Part shown: in pieces, positions 40,403 to 52,919 of the stretch
How the letters are laid out: each line of letters begins with the position of its first letter
Numbering within the stretch: the stretch's first letter is position 1
Assembly (NCBI RefSeq): GCF_006345805.1
Contig: NC_043013.1
Coordinates: 30,194,001-30,258,000, forward strand
Origin: Octopus sinensis
Lineage: Eukaryota
DNA length: 64,000 nucleotides
Direction: 5' to 3'
The notes under the pieces: generated by a model
The model's input: the letters and a program-made list of their open reading frames with translations, nothing else
Told to the model about the DNA's origin: nothing
Databases searched by the model: none
Made by a program: the position numbers and the translations under genes

Positions 40403-42479
40403 TTAATTCTATATGTTGACAACTGAACTCACTGGATATCTTATAGTATTTTCAGTGGGTCGAAATTTTCAAATAAGTTACATATATACGTAGTTGTATA
40501 TTTCAATAGTTTCCAGAGATTGAACAAGATGTTTAAACTTATATAATACCCTCATAAATCTAACAAAATAATTCAAGCGAAAATTATTTCTATATTTCCT
40601 CAGATTCAAGTCTATAATTTAAAAGCTGTGTATATCACAAATGTAACTTGAGAAATATATAAATGTTGCTAAATAGTGAAATCATTTTTTTACATATTTT
40701 TTTTGTGTATGTTAATTATATTACGTGTTTATTCATTCACGTCACGTTCATGCCGCTGACGTTGAGATGCAATTAGTGAAAAAATAAATAACCGAACTGT
40801 GAGAGTCATTATTATGGAGTAAACTTATATATAAGACATGAATGCAGCTCTGGAAGTTAACGAAGTTCTGGCTAATTATACAGTGCAATCGTGATTTGAA
40901 AACTTATTTACATATAAATGCACTCTACTAATGAGACGTAAGTGTATTCGCCGTGTACGCTACACCGCTTTTTAGCAATATTATTTAGTTCGAGCTGTTT
41001 CTATCCTCTTATTATTTATTGTTCAGCCGGGTTGACATCGTTGTTGTTGAACTTCAGCATGAATTACTGATGAGAAGAAAGTGGGTTGGTGTGTATAAGA
41101 GATAAAGTATTAAAGAATTGACCTAAGTGTTTTGTTCCCCGTTTTTGATTGAGTGGATAACAGTTGCAATCACCTTATTATGACTGCTGTCGAGTGGACC
41201 TTGGAGGTGTTTTATTATATCTTGCTAATTACGTGTCGTCAAATAATCCTCGTATAGAGACAGCGAAAGAAGACGCGTGTAATTGGGTTACTAGCAGTAA
41301 CATGTTGATATGTGACATTTTGTTAATAATTATCTAATTAAAAATGAAAGCTAAAGTATTTATTAGTCTATATTCTCTAGTCCTTGATATATCCGTGCTG
41401 CATTGTAATATTGACCCTGCTCTCTTTGCAAATGGCAATTAACTTTTTAGGTCTGAAGTATTTCCTCGCTCTGAAATATCATTATATTCTTTGAGCTTTA
41501 GCGTTACTTTCATTAGCTAGAAGAGTCATTGACATATTGATTCTTGCGACATCACCATCTGACTATCGCTCCAAGCACTCTGAATTCTACAAGTGTCACG
41601 AAGCGTGTGTGTTAAGGAATTGTGTTTTCTTTCGATAAGAATCTAATAACGTTTATGCGATTGGAAATGCTTTAGGACATCAACCCGGTTATAACACAAA
41701 CATGACTTACACAGACTTGACTGCCAGAGACGATAGAGGATTGCATAACACGTCGGCGGATTAGGCTTGTATCCAGTCATAGCAAAGCTCAATGAAAATA
41801 GCAAAGTTTCTCAGATCATAACCGTGTGGTCCACCAGATGAATATATACACGATAAGGCAATATAATGCAAAATAAAATCAATAACATTATTGAATATGT
41901 TGTTAGTAAGAATTACAGAGTTTATCTCTACTTGTGGGTACAACCTGATTTCTGACATTGACAGATTTCGTTAAGAATAGCCCCCGTATTTCTAGCTTTA
42001 TATGAAATAACACCAAATGAAATGTCATTGTAATAAATAGGTTATGCCTTTTTAACATGGACTCAACAAAAAGCCTGATAAATTCGATGAGAAACACAAG
42101 TTTAATACACTTTCAGAAAACACATTTTTAAATCGGCAAAATCTATGTTTCCTAAGAAATATTGTGAAGACAATCCTAATTTATGAATTCTTAAAGAATT
42201 AAGAAATTATATGAGAAAGTTATTGCAAACACACCTGTAGAAACTGGGACTAATGAACATTGATTATTTCATACTTCCAGAAAATAGTAGGGTAGTGTAG
42301 TAGATACTGTAGTTCTTTTTCCCCATTTTAAGATACCTTGAGGGGTACAAAAACAAAAGTAATATCTCCTGCATGAACATTTTCTCAGAGTTGTTGCATT
42401 TTTACTCCTTAGCTCATCACGGATATCTGATATTTCGACAAAATATCAAGTGTATGTTACAACACGTATCATGAAAATA

Positions 42480-43677
42480 CTATTGATAATTCCAGTCACA
42501 AACCTAAGTTGTTACAGCTTGTATGATACATTTGTGAGGTTTTAGTGTATTTCTTTATCTTGCAAGACAGACAGTGTGTCCACGTGAAGCTCACATCACC
42601 TTTCCAGTTCGAACTATCTAAGCCAAGTGAAATAAGACAACAGCATAGTCGTGTAGAATGATCAGAAAGCATGCTTCGCTTTTGTAAAGTTGTATGATAA
42701 CACACTTGATGCTGCTCTTATAACTAAACCCCCAACAATCTCCATCCTGTAGAGTTATACTAAGCAACTTGTAACTGTTTGAGAAGGCCTGGGATATCAT
42801 TGCAGCAAAGAAAAATTGCTTGACTTTTAAACAAAAGTTCATTAAAATCTGCTCCCGCGTTCTGAAACATGATTTTTGCAGAGCTTTCAAGAAGATTTAT
42901 TTCATTTCGTCTAGAGGCTAATAAATTCGCTGCTTTCTTGGAGAATGCCTATTCACGCGCCAAGTTATTCAGTTCCGCCTGATTTAAACGATGACGAGAT
43001 GATGGATGTTTGGCATTAGATGAAGAATCTCCGGAATTTGAGACTATTTCTTCAAACTCTTGACATATTTTACTACTTTCATTGGCGGGGAAGCTTACCG
43101 ACCAAAAGCCGTAGGTCGATTTGTACATGGAATACTTGGACAGGAGATCATACGTCAGCTTTTTCTTAATATATTTAATGTTAACTAAGCAAAAATAGCA
43201 GTCAGCCGTGTGGTTCTCTAGCACTCACAAAATCATAGAAACTCTAAGAGGTAGACACTTAGGTTTTCCTTGTACTCAGTTACGGAGACATTCCTCGCAA
43301 TTTTGACACACTGTGGAGACCTGATTGGTGCCTTGATCACGAAGGTGAACGTCAAAACGGGCCTTTTAGTCACATCTCACAAACTTTTTCATATTACACC
43401 TTTGACGAAGAAGTGTGTAGTAACCACGTAACAAAAAGGCATTGGAACTATTTATGCAATTATGTCTACTTGACAGAACTGACGGAACAAAAGAAAATTT
43501 ATTCCAAATCCCTCAAATGTACCAGTATCGAAAAAATACATAAATTTCAACTAGTATAAAATGTAAAGCATGCAGGCAAAAACCGATTTAAAATTTTAAA
43601 CCAGCGTTGAAAAACTACTTAGAATCAGTTGAAAAAACCCCATGCAACTGTAAATGAGAGAACATGGTTCCCGCGTG
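42480..43677 (-). mobile_element. CMC/Chapaev-3-like DNA transposon relic
   Basis: Minus strand: DQG..HQVSTVCQNCEECLRN...NHTADCYFCLVNI...LNQAELNNLARE...SSIKCVI...DHST; terminus CACgcgggAAC next to TAA at 43678-43680. Family name is from recalled motifs. Confidence 0.65.
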
Positions 43678-44347
43678 TAATAGATAACCCTTCTCGAGTT
43701 ATGTTAAGTATTGCTAGACATACACTGTACACTAGAGGATTTCTGATTTATGTACACACCATGTGTAGCAAATAGCATATACAGCATCTAATGAATATAA
43801 TTATCGATGTGATTTTCTTACCTTTCTAAAAAAACACACTAATTGGCTTCTTTTGGTAATATTTTTAATACGTACTTAATGTATGATAAACGTTATTTTT
43901 CATAATTAAATATTTAGAACAAGTCGTATGAATACAGCAATGCTCACAGCTGCTTACTTTTAAAAATATTGTTAACAGTTGTACAAAGTTGAAAACGAGC
44001 AATTTAAAATATATTATAATTCTTTGGGAATGTAACAAATAATTGGAAGATATTAAGATTCTTCATTTTTTATAAAAAAGTAATAATTACTATTTTGTTG
44101 AAGATGTTATATATGTAAATGTGAATGCAAGACAGAAATGTTTTGAGCTGTAGCGTTAACATCGTGTTACTGAAGATAACAGAAATGTTTTAATATTTTA
44201 TATACCTAGCACTGACAAATGCAACACAACAAATTGATGGTTCAATATAATTTTTAGCATAACTTCGAGTTATTTCATACTACATATGCCACTTATGAAC
44301 TTGACGTAGACGAGAAACATGTGTTTGTAAGTTTCACTCTTCAAGCA

Positions 44348-44871
44348 TAAATAGGCATATAGATATATATTTCTTTATTGCTCACAGGGGTTTAAACATA
44401 GAGGGGACAAACAAGGACAGATAAACGTATTAAGTCGATTATAACGACACCAGTGCGTAACTGGTACTTATTTAATCGACCCCGAAAGGATGAAAGACGA
44501 AGTTGACCTCGGCGGAATTTGATCTCAGAACGTAGAGGCAGACGAAATACCGCTAAGCATTTAGCCCGGCGTGCTAACGATTCTGCCAGCTCACCGCCTT
44601 AAATAGGCATATAGAAATATATTTCTTTACTGCCCACAAGGGGATAAACATACAGGGGACAAACAAGGACAGACAAAGGGATTAAGTCGATTACATCGAC
44701 CACAGTGCGTTACTGGTACTTATTTAATCGACCCCGAAAGGATGAAAGGCAAAGTTGAACTCGGGGGAATTTGAAATCAGAACGTAACGGCAGACGAAAT
44801 ACGGCTACGCATTTCACCCGGCGTGCTAACGACTCTGCCAGCTCGCCACCTTAAATAGGCATATAGATATA
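44348..44871 (-). mobile_element. two tandem SINE family B copies separated and flanked by a 20-bp direct repeat
   Basis: taaataggcatataga(t/a)ata at 44348, 44600 and 44852 (period 252). Confidence 0.9.
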
Positions 44872-45664
44872 GCCAAAACAATAGGCTGCATGTTGACTGT
44901 GCGGTGATGAAACATGTGAGAGTGAAGTAAATGTGTATGTAAAGAATATGATATACTAGAGTTTTTTTTTAATATTGTGTACTATAGTATTTAGCTGAAC
45001 TATATTGGTTTTGTATTAGAGCGACAAGCAAGAGTTTCAAGTAGCACCAGGATTGTTATAATGGAGAGTTAGGCATCATAGATATGAACCCTTTGAGTGG
45101 ATGGTTACTTGGATGGAACCCACTATCCGTGGTCACATAGATGGAACGTCTTCGAGGTCATTCGGTGTGCTGTTCACCTAAATGCCTTTGAAATCAGATC
45201 TCACTTTCTTAGATTTGCACAGTACAAGATGTAAAAGCAAAGCTAAAAATAACAAACAATGCGGTTGGTTACAGATGGAATATTTAGCCCGTAGTCCTGG
45301 TTCAAATGCTTGTGAAAAAGTGAATTCCACTCAAGCACCAAAGCAATGTAACAGTATTAAACTGGGTAACAGAATAAGGAAGACACTATATAAGAACAAA
45401 GTTTAGGTAAGACTCTCTTCAAGGTTTCCTAGAAAATTTCCTTTCAAGGTGTGTGATTATCCGAGGCTAAGGCAGAATAATTTGATTATGTTGAGGAACA
45501 GTTTGATCGAAAAAAGGAACCATGTGATTGTGAAGCAAGCTTAACTTAATGCTCGAACGAGGCATCAAAAGCAGACGCGAAACATTATCTTAAGTCATTT
45601 TAAATCAAAGACATTCTGTCAATCATAAATATGTGATTTAAATATTTAAATAATAATGGATTCA

Positions 45665-46460
45665 AATTTTGCCACAAAGGCAGCAATTTGGGGGGAGGGA
45701 ATGATTCGATTACATCGACTCCAGTGTTTTACTGGTACTTAATTTATCGACCCTGAAAGAAACGAAGGTAATGTCGACCGCGGCGGAATTTGAACTCAGA
45801 ACGTAGCAGCAGACGAAATACTGCTAAGCATTTCGCCCGGCGTGCTAAAGATTCCACCAGCTCACCGCCTTTAAGTATTTAAATAATAATAATGAAGCAA
45901 CTGATAAATATTTGTTAATCTTGAAGTAATGAGACGTTTAGAGCCAAATAATTGGTACCTGTGAAAAGAATTGCTATCGCTTCACATGCAAAAATTTAAA
46001 ATGTCTGTATATTTGGAACATTCATGTATAGACTTGTACTTTTAAGGGAGACACCGCTCTTGCAATCGTCAATAAAATCTGGCACAAAGATAGCATGTTC
46101 GGGGCAAGAAATAAATACGGGTGCTCAACTGGTGCTTTTTCAATCGATCTCGGAAGGATGAAAGGCGAAATCGAACTAGCCGGAATTTGAACGAGAACGA
46201 GAGCCATGAAATGCTGCTAAGCATTTCGTCCGGCGTGCTAACGATTCTGCCACCTCGCCATCTTAGGATCTGAATATACTGGTTTCAAATACTGGCAGAA
46301 GATCGGCAACCTCGCTGCTCAACTGCTTCTGATTTCATCGATCCCTAAACGGATGAAAGGCAAAATCGAGCTCGCCGGGATTTATATGCAGACCGTGAAG
46401 ACAGACAAAATGCCGCTAAGCATTTTTACCGGCATCCTGCAGGCCTGCTGCCTTGTGAAT
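45665..46460 (-). mobile_element. cluster of three SINE family B variants (about 45665-45872, 46075-46263, 46270-46460)
   Basis: Shared ggatgaaaggc core with degenerate gaatttgaac and gctaagcattt motifs; alternative tail tttgccacaaaggcagcaatttgggg. Confidence 0.75.
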
Positions 46461-47041
46461 CTGCATATATTAATAAAGATATATTTGATGAAAAAGTTAA
46501 GAAAATGCATACATTTTCAGCAAGTTAGAGTGTACTTATGTATTTGTGCGCCCCCCTCCCCCCCACACACTCTACGTTAGACTACATCCATTATGTAAAT
46601 AAATAATACTGTAAATAAAGTCAAGTGAATTTGAATAAAGAATATATAAATTATATGACGTATTCAAGTGATGCTTCTCTTAATCATATGTACGTACGTT
46701 GGTAGGTAAGTATCTGTGCATATCTGCATGTATAGAATTTATTATTCTCGGAAAAGAAGTTATATTACGTGTCGTTTAACTATTAAGTGCTTCGAATCTT
46801 CATAGATTGATTGGCATTTCAAATTTCTAACAAAGTGGCTTATAAATTCTCAGCGCAGGTGTTTTCGCATATTGACTTTTAAAATTCTATAGCAGTAACC
46901 GTTTTCTTCCTTTTGTTTATGATTAATATTATATTTCATACACACTACATAAGAAATTGCGACCAGTTTTTCTGAATGCCTTTCTACATTGTTATATTTT
47001 ACGAATGATTTGCTAATATATATATATATATATATACATAC

Positions 47042-47100
<59 letters not shown>

Positions 47101-47360
47101 ATATATATGATCATTATCTAGTATATATTTGAGACGCAAATAATGGAGAATAAAGGAATAATACGTAATTGTTGATCTAGCATGATCTTTGAGAAGCAGT
47201 ATCTTGCAAATAGAGAAACAAATAATTCCACAATACATACATAAGCACATACATAAATATACATGTACTTACTTACATGCATACATACATACATACATAC
47301 ATGCATGCATACATACATACATACATACATAATACATACATACATACATACATACATACA

Positions 47361-47392
<32 letters not shown>

Positions 47393-47449
47393 AAACACGT
47401 GATCCGTTGGCCATTTCTTCTCTACCTTCTTTGGACTCTTCCTGTTCTC

Positions 47450-47484
47450 CTTTCCGATGAAGAGCTACGCTTGAAACGTTAAAC
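47450..47484 (+). ncRNA. minimal type-I hammerhead motif, CCGAUGA core variant
   Basis: cTTT-CCGATGA-A-GAGC-tac-GCTT-GAA-ACGT-T/AAAc. Confidence 0.6.
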
Positions 47485-47617
47485 CCTCTCCTTTCACTAA
47501 GCGTCAAGCTCTTGTGCCCGTCCTCACGCTGGTTGTTTTTCTTTCTTCTCGTTTTTATCCGCGAGGACGTGGAACAATTAAAGTATTATTTGACGCTCAG
47601 GAAAGAAGGGAAGGAGG

Positions 47618-47652
47618 GTTTAACGTTTCGAGCGGAGCTCTTCGTCGGAAAC
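47618..47652 (-). ncRNA. minimal type-I hammerhead motif, CCGACGA core variant
   Basis: GTTT-CCGACGA-A-GAGC-tcc-GCTC-GAA-ACGT-T/AAAC: stem I and stem II pair fully, stem III is the ACGT palindrome. Confidence 0.65.
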
Positions 47653-47730
47653 AAGGAGAAGGAAAGATCCCAAGAAGGGAAGACAGAGGAAAAAAATATT
47701 TTTGCTGGTGGTGCTCAAGAGATCACATGT

Positions 47731-47787
<57 letters not shown>

Positions 47788-48087
47788 GAATATACACTGA
47801 TACATACATGCACACACACACGTATACACATATACACTGGCACTCCATCGACTAAGACGACGAGCGTTCCAATTAAAGCACAAACAGATCAGCCTGTTCG
47901 TGAAATCAACGCGGATATGGCTGAGCACCCAAGAGAAGCGCGCTACCCTTAACGTATGTCTCAGCAAGATTCAGTAACATACAGAGTGTGGAAACACTGA
48001 CCATTTGAAATACAGGTTTTACTAATTTTTGCCAGATGTGTGGATTGAAGCAAAATGAAATAAAGTGCCTTGGTTTTAGAACATTAG

Positions 48088-48168
48088 AACACAACGCGTC
48101 GCTGAGAATTGAACGCACGACCTTAGAATTTTAAGCCGAATACCCCTAACCACTAAGCCACAGGCCTT
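48088..48168 (-). mobile_element. tRNA-like SINE head fragment
   Basis: Reverse complement gtggcttagtggttagg...gtgcgttcaattct with A- and B-box-like motifs. Confidence 0.55.
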
Positions 48169-48319
48169 TACATACACGCACTTTCATACACGCACACACA
48201 TACACTCAAGTAAACAAGTGGTATTTCTGAAGTGCTGAGATTTTCAGGAGAGCCAGGTATTAATTGCGAAGTATTATACAACTCTATTCTCCTTCTAAGA
48301 AGGATCCACGGACCTCAGT

Positions 48320-48760
48320 GGATATGTTGTAACGCTCCAGTCAATTTGTGAGGGCCCGATGGAGGTACACCAAAATGAAGGTGCCTGTTACTCTTTTCAC
48401 TGCCATCTTCAGTTTCTCTTTCAAATTGGAACACAACCAAATTTCAGAGAAAGTAGCAACTTTTGGACTGTAGAATTTCTGAGGAACGTTTTTGATATCC
48501 ATCTCTGTCAAGTTGTTGGTTACCAAGATGGAATTGCGGAATAGTGCATTGTCCTTGTGCAGGTGCCACCGACTCAAGTGGAAGAACTATGACTCTTCCG
48601 ATTAAATGTCTTCCTTAACTTCAAAACCACAACAAAGGACTTTTTATTGAGTGCCTAGCCAGAGAGCACTCAGTAGTTTAGATAATACTATTGCTGTCAG
48701 AAAAGAAGAACATCATCTGCTTCCCGATTATCCAGTTTTGACTGGCCTCTTTTGCCAGAG
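48320..48760 (-). mobile_element. mariner transposase relic (catalytic region)
   Basis: KQMMFFFSD...WHLHKDNALFRNSILVTNNLTEMDIKNVPQKFYSPKVA...WL matches WHFHQDNAPVHNS...PYSPDLAP.DFWL. Confidence 0.85.
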
Positions 48761-48991
48761 AAATATAGATCGTAGGCTCATATATATTTCTGTGGCCTTT
48801 CATAAGACTCTTGATCTTTTCCCAGTTCAGTAGAAAATTAAATTACATAGCGAAATTTCAAATTGCCTTCATGTCCCGACTCTATTTGGCAAACTGGTCA
48901 GCTGCGACAAGTAATGTTTAGTATTGTCTATTCGAAGTACTATTACAGATATCTCCTGCAATATGGAATAACACATATTGGCAGGTCAGCT

Positions 48992-49052
<61 letters not shown>

Positions 49053-49103
49053 AGATGTACTTGCATAGCAAATGATTTGATCTGACATCGTGTGCTGGAA
49101 CGA

Positions 49104-49247
49104 AAACAATTGCAGCGTGGAAGGTGTTTGTAAGCCATTTAAGAAACACACAAAAGCCGTTCGATTCACTTCACTGTTGAAGTGAATCGAACGGCTTTTG
49201 TGTGTTTCTTAAATGGCTTACAAACACCTTGCACGCTGCAATTGTTT
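49104..49247. repeat. 70-bp-arm hairpin with 4-nt loop, 1 mismatch, inside a TA-flanked repeat fragment (49051-49247)
   Basis: 49104-49173 versus 49178-49247; loop ctgt. Confidence 0.95.
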
Positions 49248-49653
49248 ATATATATATATATATACATATATATATACACACATATAGTAATGTTATACTA
49301 GACTTACAATAATCTAGGACAGTTATAAATGCTTCACTTTAAAAGTCTCAAAACAACTGAAATGCACCTAGTGTACTCACACACACACAAACTCACAAAC
49401 ACACACGCGCACACACATACATACACACACGCATACATACAGGCATATAAATATATATATATATATATATATTATATTAAGATGTATATCGTATATATGT
49501 GTATATATTATATTGATATGTATATATATATATGTATATATTATATTTATATGTATATATATATGTATATAAATTACATATACATATTTATGTGTCTGTA
49601 TATATATATGTGTGTATATATATATATATATGTATATAATATGTGTGTATATA

Positions 49654-49695
<42 letters not shown>

Positions 49696-51079
49696 ACGTA
49701 TATTAGCGTTTCTGTTATTCAGTTAAGACTACACACTTAAAGCGTCTGTGGTGACATACTTTATATTATAGTTACAAACAATGGCTACGTGTGTTTGTCT
49801 GTAATATTCGTTCTAAAGAATATGAATATTTTCATTACACTATAACTTCTAATGTTGGCTTGCAAGACAATTATTTGTGACGAGAACATTATTAAAGTGG
49901 CAATAACATTTATTTGTAGAACGTTTATGGAATTCATAATTACTTCAATTGAATACGAAATTACTTCAAGAGAAGTAATAACAATTGAAGGGTTAAGTCC
50001 AAATGGCCATTATATGATTACTTCTTGTGGTGGAAGGTTGGTATTTGTATCTGCAGTAGATTGCCAAGAATCTCAGGGAGTGCATTAAGGTCAAATCATC
50101 TAGTTGCGAATATTGTTCTATGGGCTGTTGATAGCAACTAGAAGTTGAAAGAAGTGACCTTCAGAGCTTAGCCATAAATTAAAGCATTTCTGAGCATGTT
50201 GAGAATTTAGCAAATATCTGTATTGTTTCCGCAAATCATAATTGATCATTCATAGGAGTTTAATCCATACGAATGAAATTGCTTGGGATGTTTTATTGAC
50301 TATTTTAAATAATATGGAAGAGGCAATGGACAAACTGTATAAACAAAAAAACTTTAACATACTGAGTCAAAGAACGATTATCTATAAAGATCATCAGCTT
50401 TTTAGATCTGTAGTGGTTTCCATAATTTGGTTTCCATAATTTCTGGAATGGTTTATATAATTTCTTTGAACATAAAATATTTAACATAGTCGAAAAACTT
50501 TAGTTTGTTCTTAGCAATGATGATGTCATTTTCTTTTTCTAAAAAGTACCTATTTATAAAGCGTAATATCTTCTCACCTCAGTATTATATATATATGTAA
50601 AATGAGAATCAATCACATCATTGTTATATGATTTGATATTTACAAGTCGTATAAAGTAAACTAAACGGCTACTTAAAAACTTCAGTAACCAATCGAGAGT
50701 GTGTAGAAAGAAACTTCGAGTCAGTCTATTGATAACGTTGTTCCATTTAGTTTCACTTTCCTTTTATACTTTGCTTTGAGCCTAGAATCTTGATTCATAG
50801 TTCATGAATAAGAAAAAGAAAAAAAAAACATTTGATTTCACCATTCAGTGTGTGTTCTTTATTAAATCAAATTCATTTCCCTTCATCTGTAACCGTCTAT
50901 GTAAATTGTTTCTTTTTACGCAACACAGACATGTGAGAAGGAAATAAACACCCTTTTAAGCATTAAAATTTATTTGAATCTAAAATTATACATTCAAATT
51001 AATTATTATACATTCAAATTAATTATTAATTGTTATAATGTGAATATTTAATATTTAGTAGACATGTCCTTTGCATTTT

Positions 51080-51330
51080 TCAATGCAACGACCCTCTTAG
51101 GAATTTCTTGCCAAGTCTCATGCAGTAATCACAATAGATCTGACTTTGAATATGCTTTCTTGTTTTTGTTATGAAGTGTCTATCCATTTTGGCCCACAGG
51201 TGTTCGATAAGGGTTTTAACATGGTGCTTGGCTTGGCCAGGGAAGCTTTTTAATAATTTCACCACTGGAGAAGATTGGAAGGAGTCCTTTCTGCAATATC
51301 TACACATATTTTTCTGCAGTGAAGACTCTG
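51080..51330 (-). mobile_element. possible Tc1-like relic (third catalytic D region)
   Basis: FPGQAKHHVKTLIEHLWAKM resembles WPAQSPDLNPIEHLW. Confidence 0.4.
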
Positions 51331-51409
51331 TCTACAGTTCGTCCGTCATAAATCCTTGGGAATTGTGTTACATATAACAAACCTTGGGAATTTTGTCACA
51401 TATAGCAAA

Positions 51410-52265
51410 CCCACCCGCCAGACTGTTCACCGTCATTGGAATCGGAAAGGCGTTTTATTTGCCCTCTCTATGCGTGCGGTTACTCGGCTCTCTGAGGAAT
51501 GTACATTGCCAAATGTTGGTGTGATTTTTCCATCGCAGCCCCTGTTTGGTGGCTAAGCTACCAAACTGGTCTGTCAACATCGAGATGAAACTGTGTCTCG
51601 TCGTCCGCCAATTAGGAGCTGGACGTTAGGCCATTGTAGGGTGACTGCAGAGGTTTCCGTCGTTTGTCATGTCAAACGAATTGGAACTCGGTTGTGCGGA
51701 GGGCATTTGGTACGGTTGATTTAGGTGTACTATGTGTTGACATGGGAGTAGGACGAAACTGGCCCACACAGGCTCTCAGTTCCGTAAGATATATTTTGAC
51801 ATCTGGGTCTGACTGTGCTTGGAAGTAACTCTCTTGGAACTGTACACCATTTCCGGGGAATAAATGTTGAGATTTCCATTTGGGGCGGCGTAGATTCCTG
51901 GCATCACCCATGGAAGTTGATCAATCTAATTGGGCCTGTTATATCTGGTTGTCAGGGATTGCTTCAGGCGGCTGTGAAATCTCTCCTCTAGTCCGTTGGC
52001 CTGTGGATGGTAGACTGTTGTGCTCTTCATTATGATTCTTTGCTTGCTACATATTAAGAGACCGATGGTCGCTTTGTTTTCCATATATTGTGAGCTGGAG
52101 CGGACACTTGCCATTTTACTAACGGTCGGAATCTAGCGAAACAGAGTCGGTCTCGCGTCGTGTGGTGGAGGATGGTAGGTGTGCGCTCTCCTGCTTACAG
52201 TATATTCAGGCTGCACATATAAATAGCTGGCGGAAGATCTCGCTGGAGTTAGAACGGTGGTAACA
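51410..52265 (-). mobile_element. Gypsy/Ty3 LTR-retrotransposon relic with a large internal deletion
   Basis: TTVYHPQANGLEERFH (integrase core); PTPMSTHSTPK...PLQSPYNG (GPY/F region); LTR-like TGTT start at 52265. Confidence 0.85.
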
Positions 52266-52497
52266 TCAGGCAATTAACTTTACATGTACACACACACACA
52301 CACGTATTTATGTATGTGTGTATGTATTATATATATAGAGAGAGACAATGTGTGTGTAAGAGAGATAGGCAGAAAGATAGACAAATATATATATATAATC
52401 ATGCACATGTCTCCCTCTGTCTATGAACACACACGCATATATATATATATATATTATTATATATATAATATATATTATATATTATATATATATATAT

Positions 52498-52558
<61 letters not shown>

Positions 52559-52559
52559 T

Positions 52560-52919
52560 AACTCCGTTCTGTTTGTCTGTGTGTGTGTCTTCTAGGATTC
52601 GACTGAGTTCAAATTTGTTACGTAGATACCGACGGTATCAGGGCGTGTGTAAGTCTTGAAAAAATTACAAAAATCGATTCCAGGTGAGAATGCGATCGAC
52701 AAAGCCGTGGGAACGTGCATTTGTACGCGCAAGTACACCAGCTGTTGCGATCGATACTACGCGTACGCGAGAAAAATGCACGGTGTCTCAAATTTAGGTT
52801 AAATCAGTTTTTCTCAAAGGGGAAGCCTAAGGGACGGTAGGAAAAGTTGTTTTGAGAAAATTTGGTTTAAATGTTTGACAACTCAGCACCGTCTATTGGA
52901 CGGGGGGCGTTTTGCTTGT
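52560..52919 (+). mobile_element. probable non-autonomous Helitron-type element
   Basis: 5' gtttgtctgtgtgtgtgtct tract; 3' hairpin ccgtc-tattg-gacgg shortly before a CTTG end (CTAG-like); embedded in (TA)n. Confidence 0.45.

Larger units (their letters stand above)
47396..47730. mobile_element. tail-to-tail pair of short hammerhead-bearing elements between (TACA)n and (TA)n
   Basis: Imperfect inverted repeat; 35 of 38 nt identical across the ribozyme core. Confidence 0.8.

Noticed and set aside
49852-50439. Two ORFs (WD40-like LSPNGHY; FNP.E.AW IS630-like)
   Set aside because: Only faint motif resemblance; cannot distinguish an exon, a transposon relic or chance
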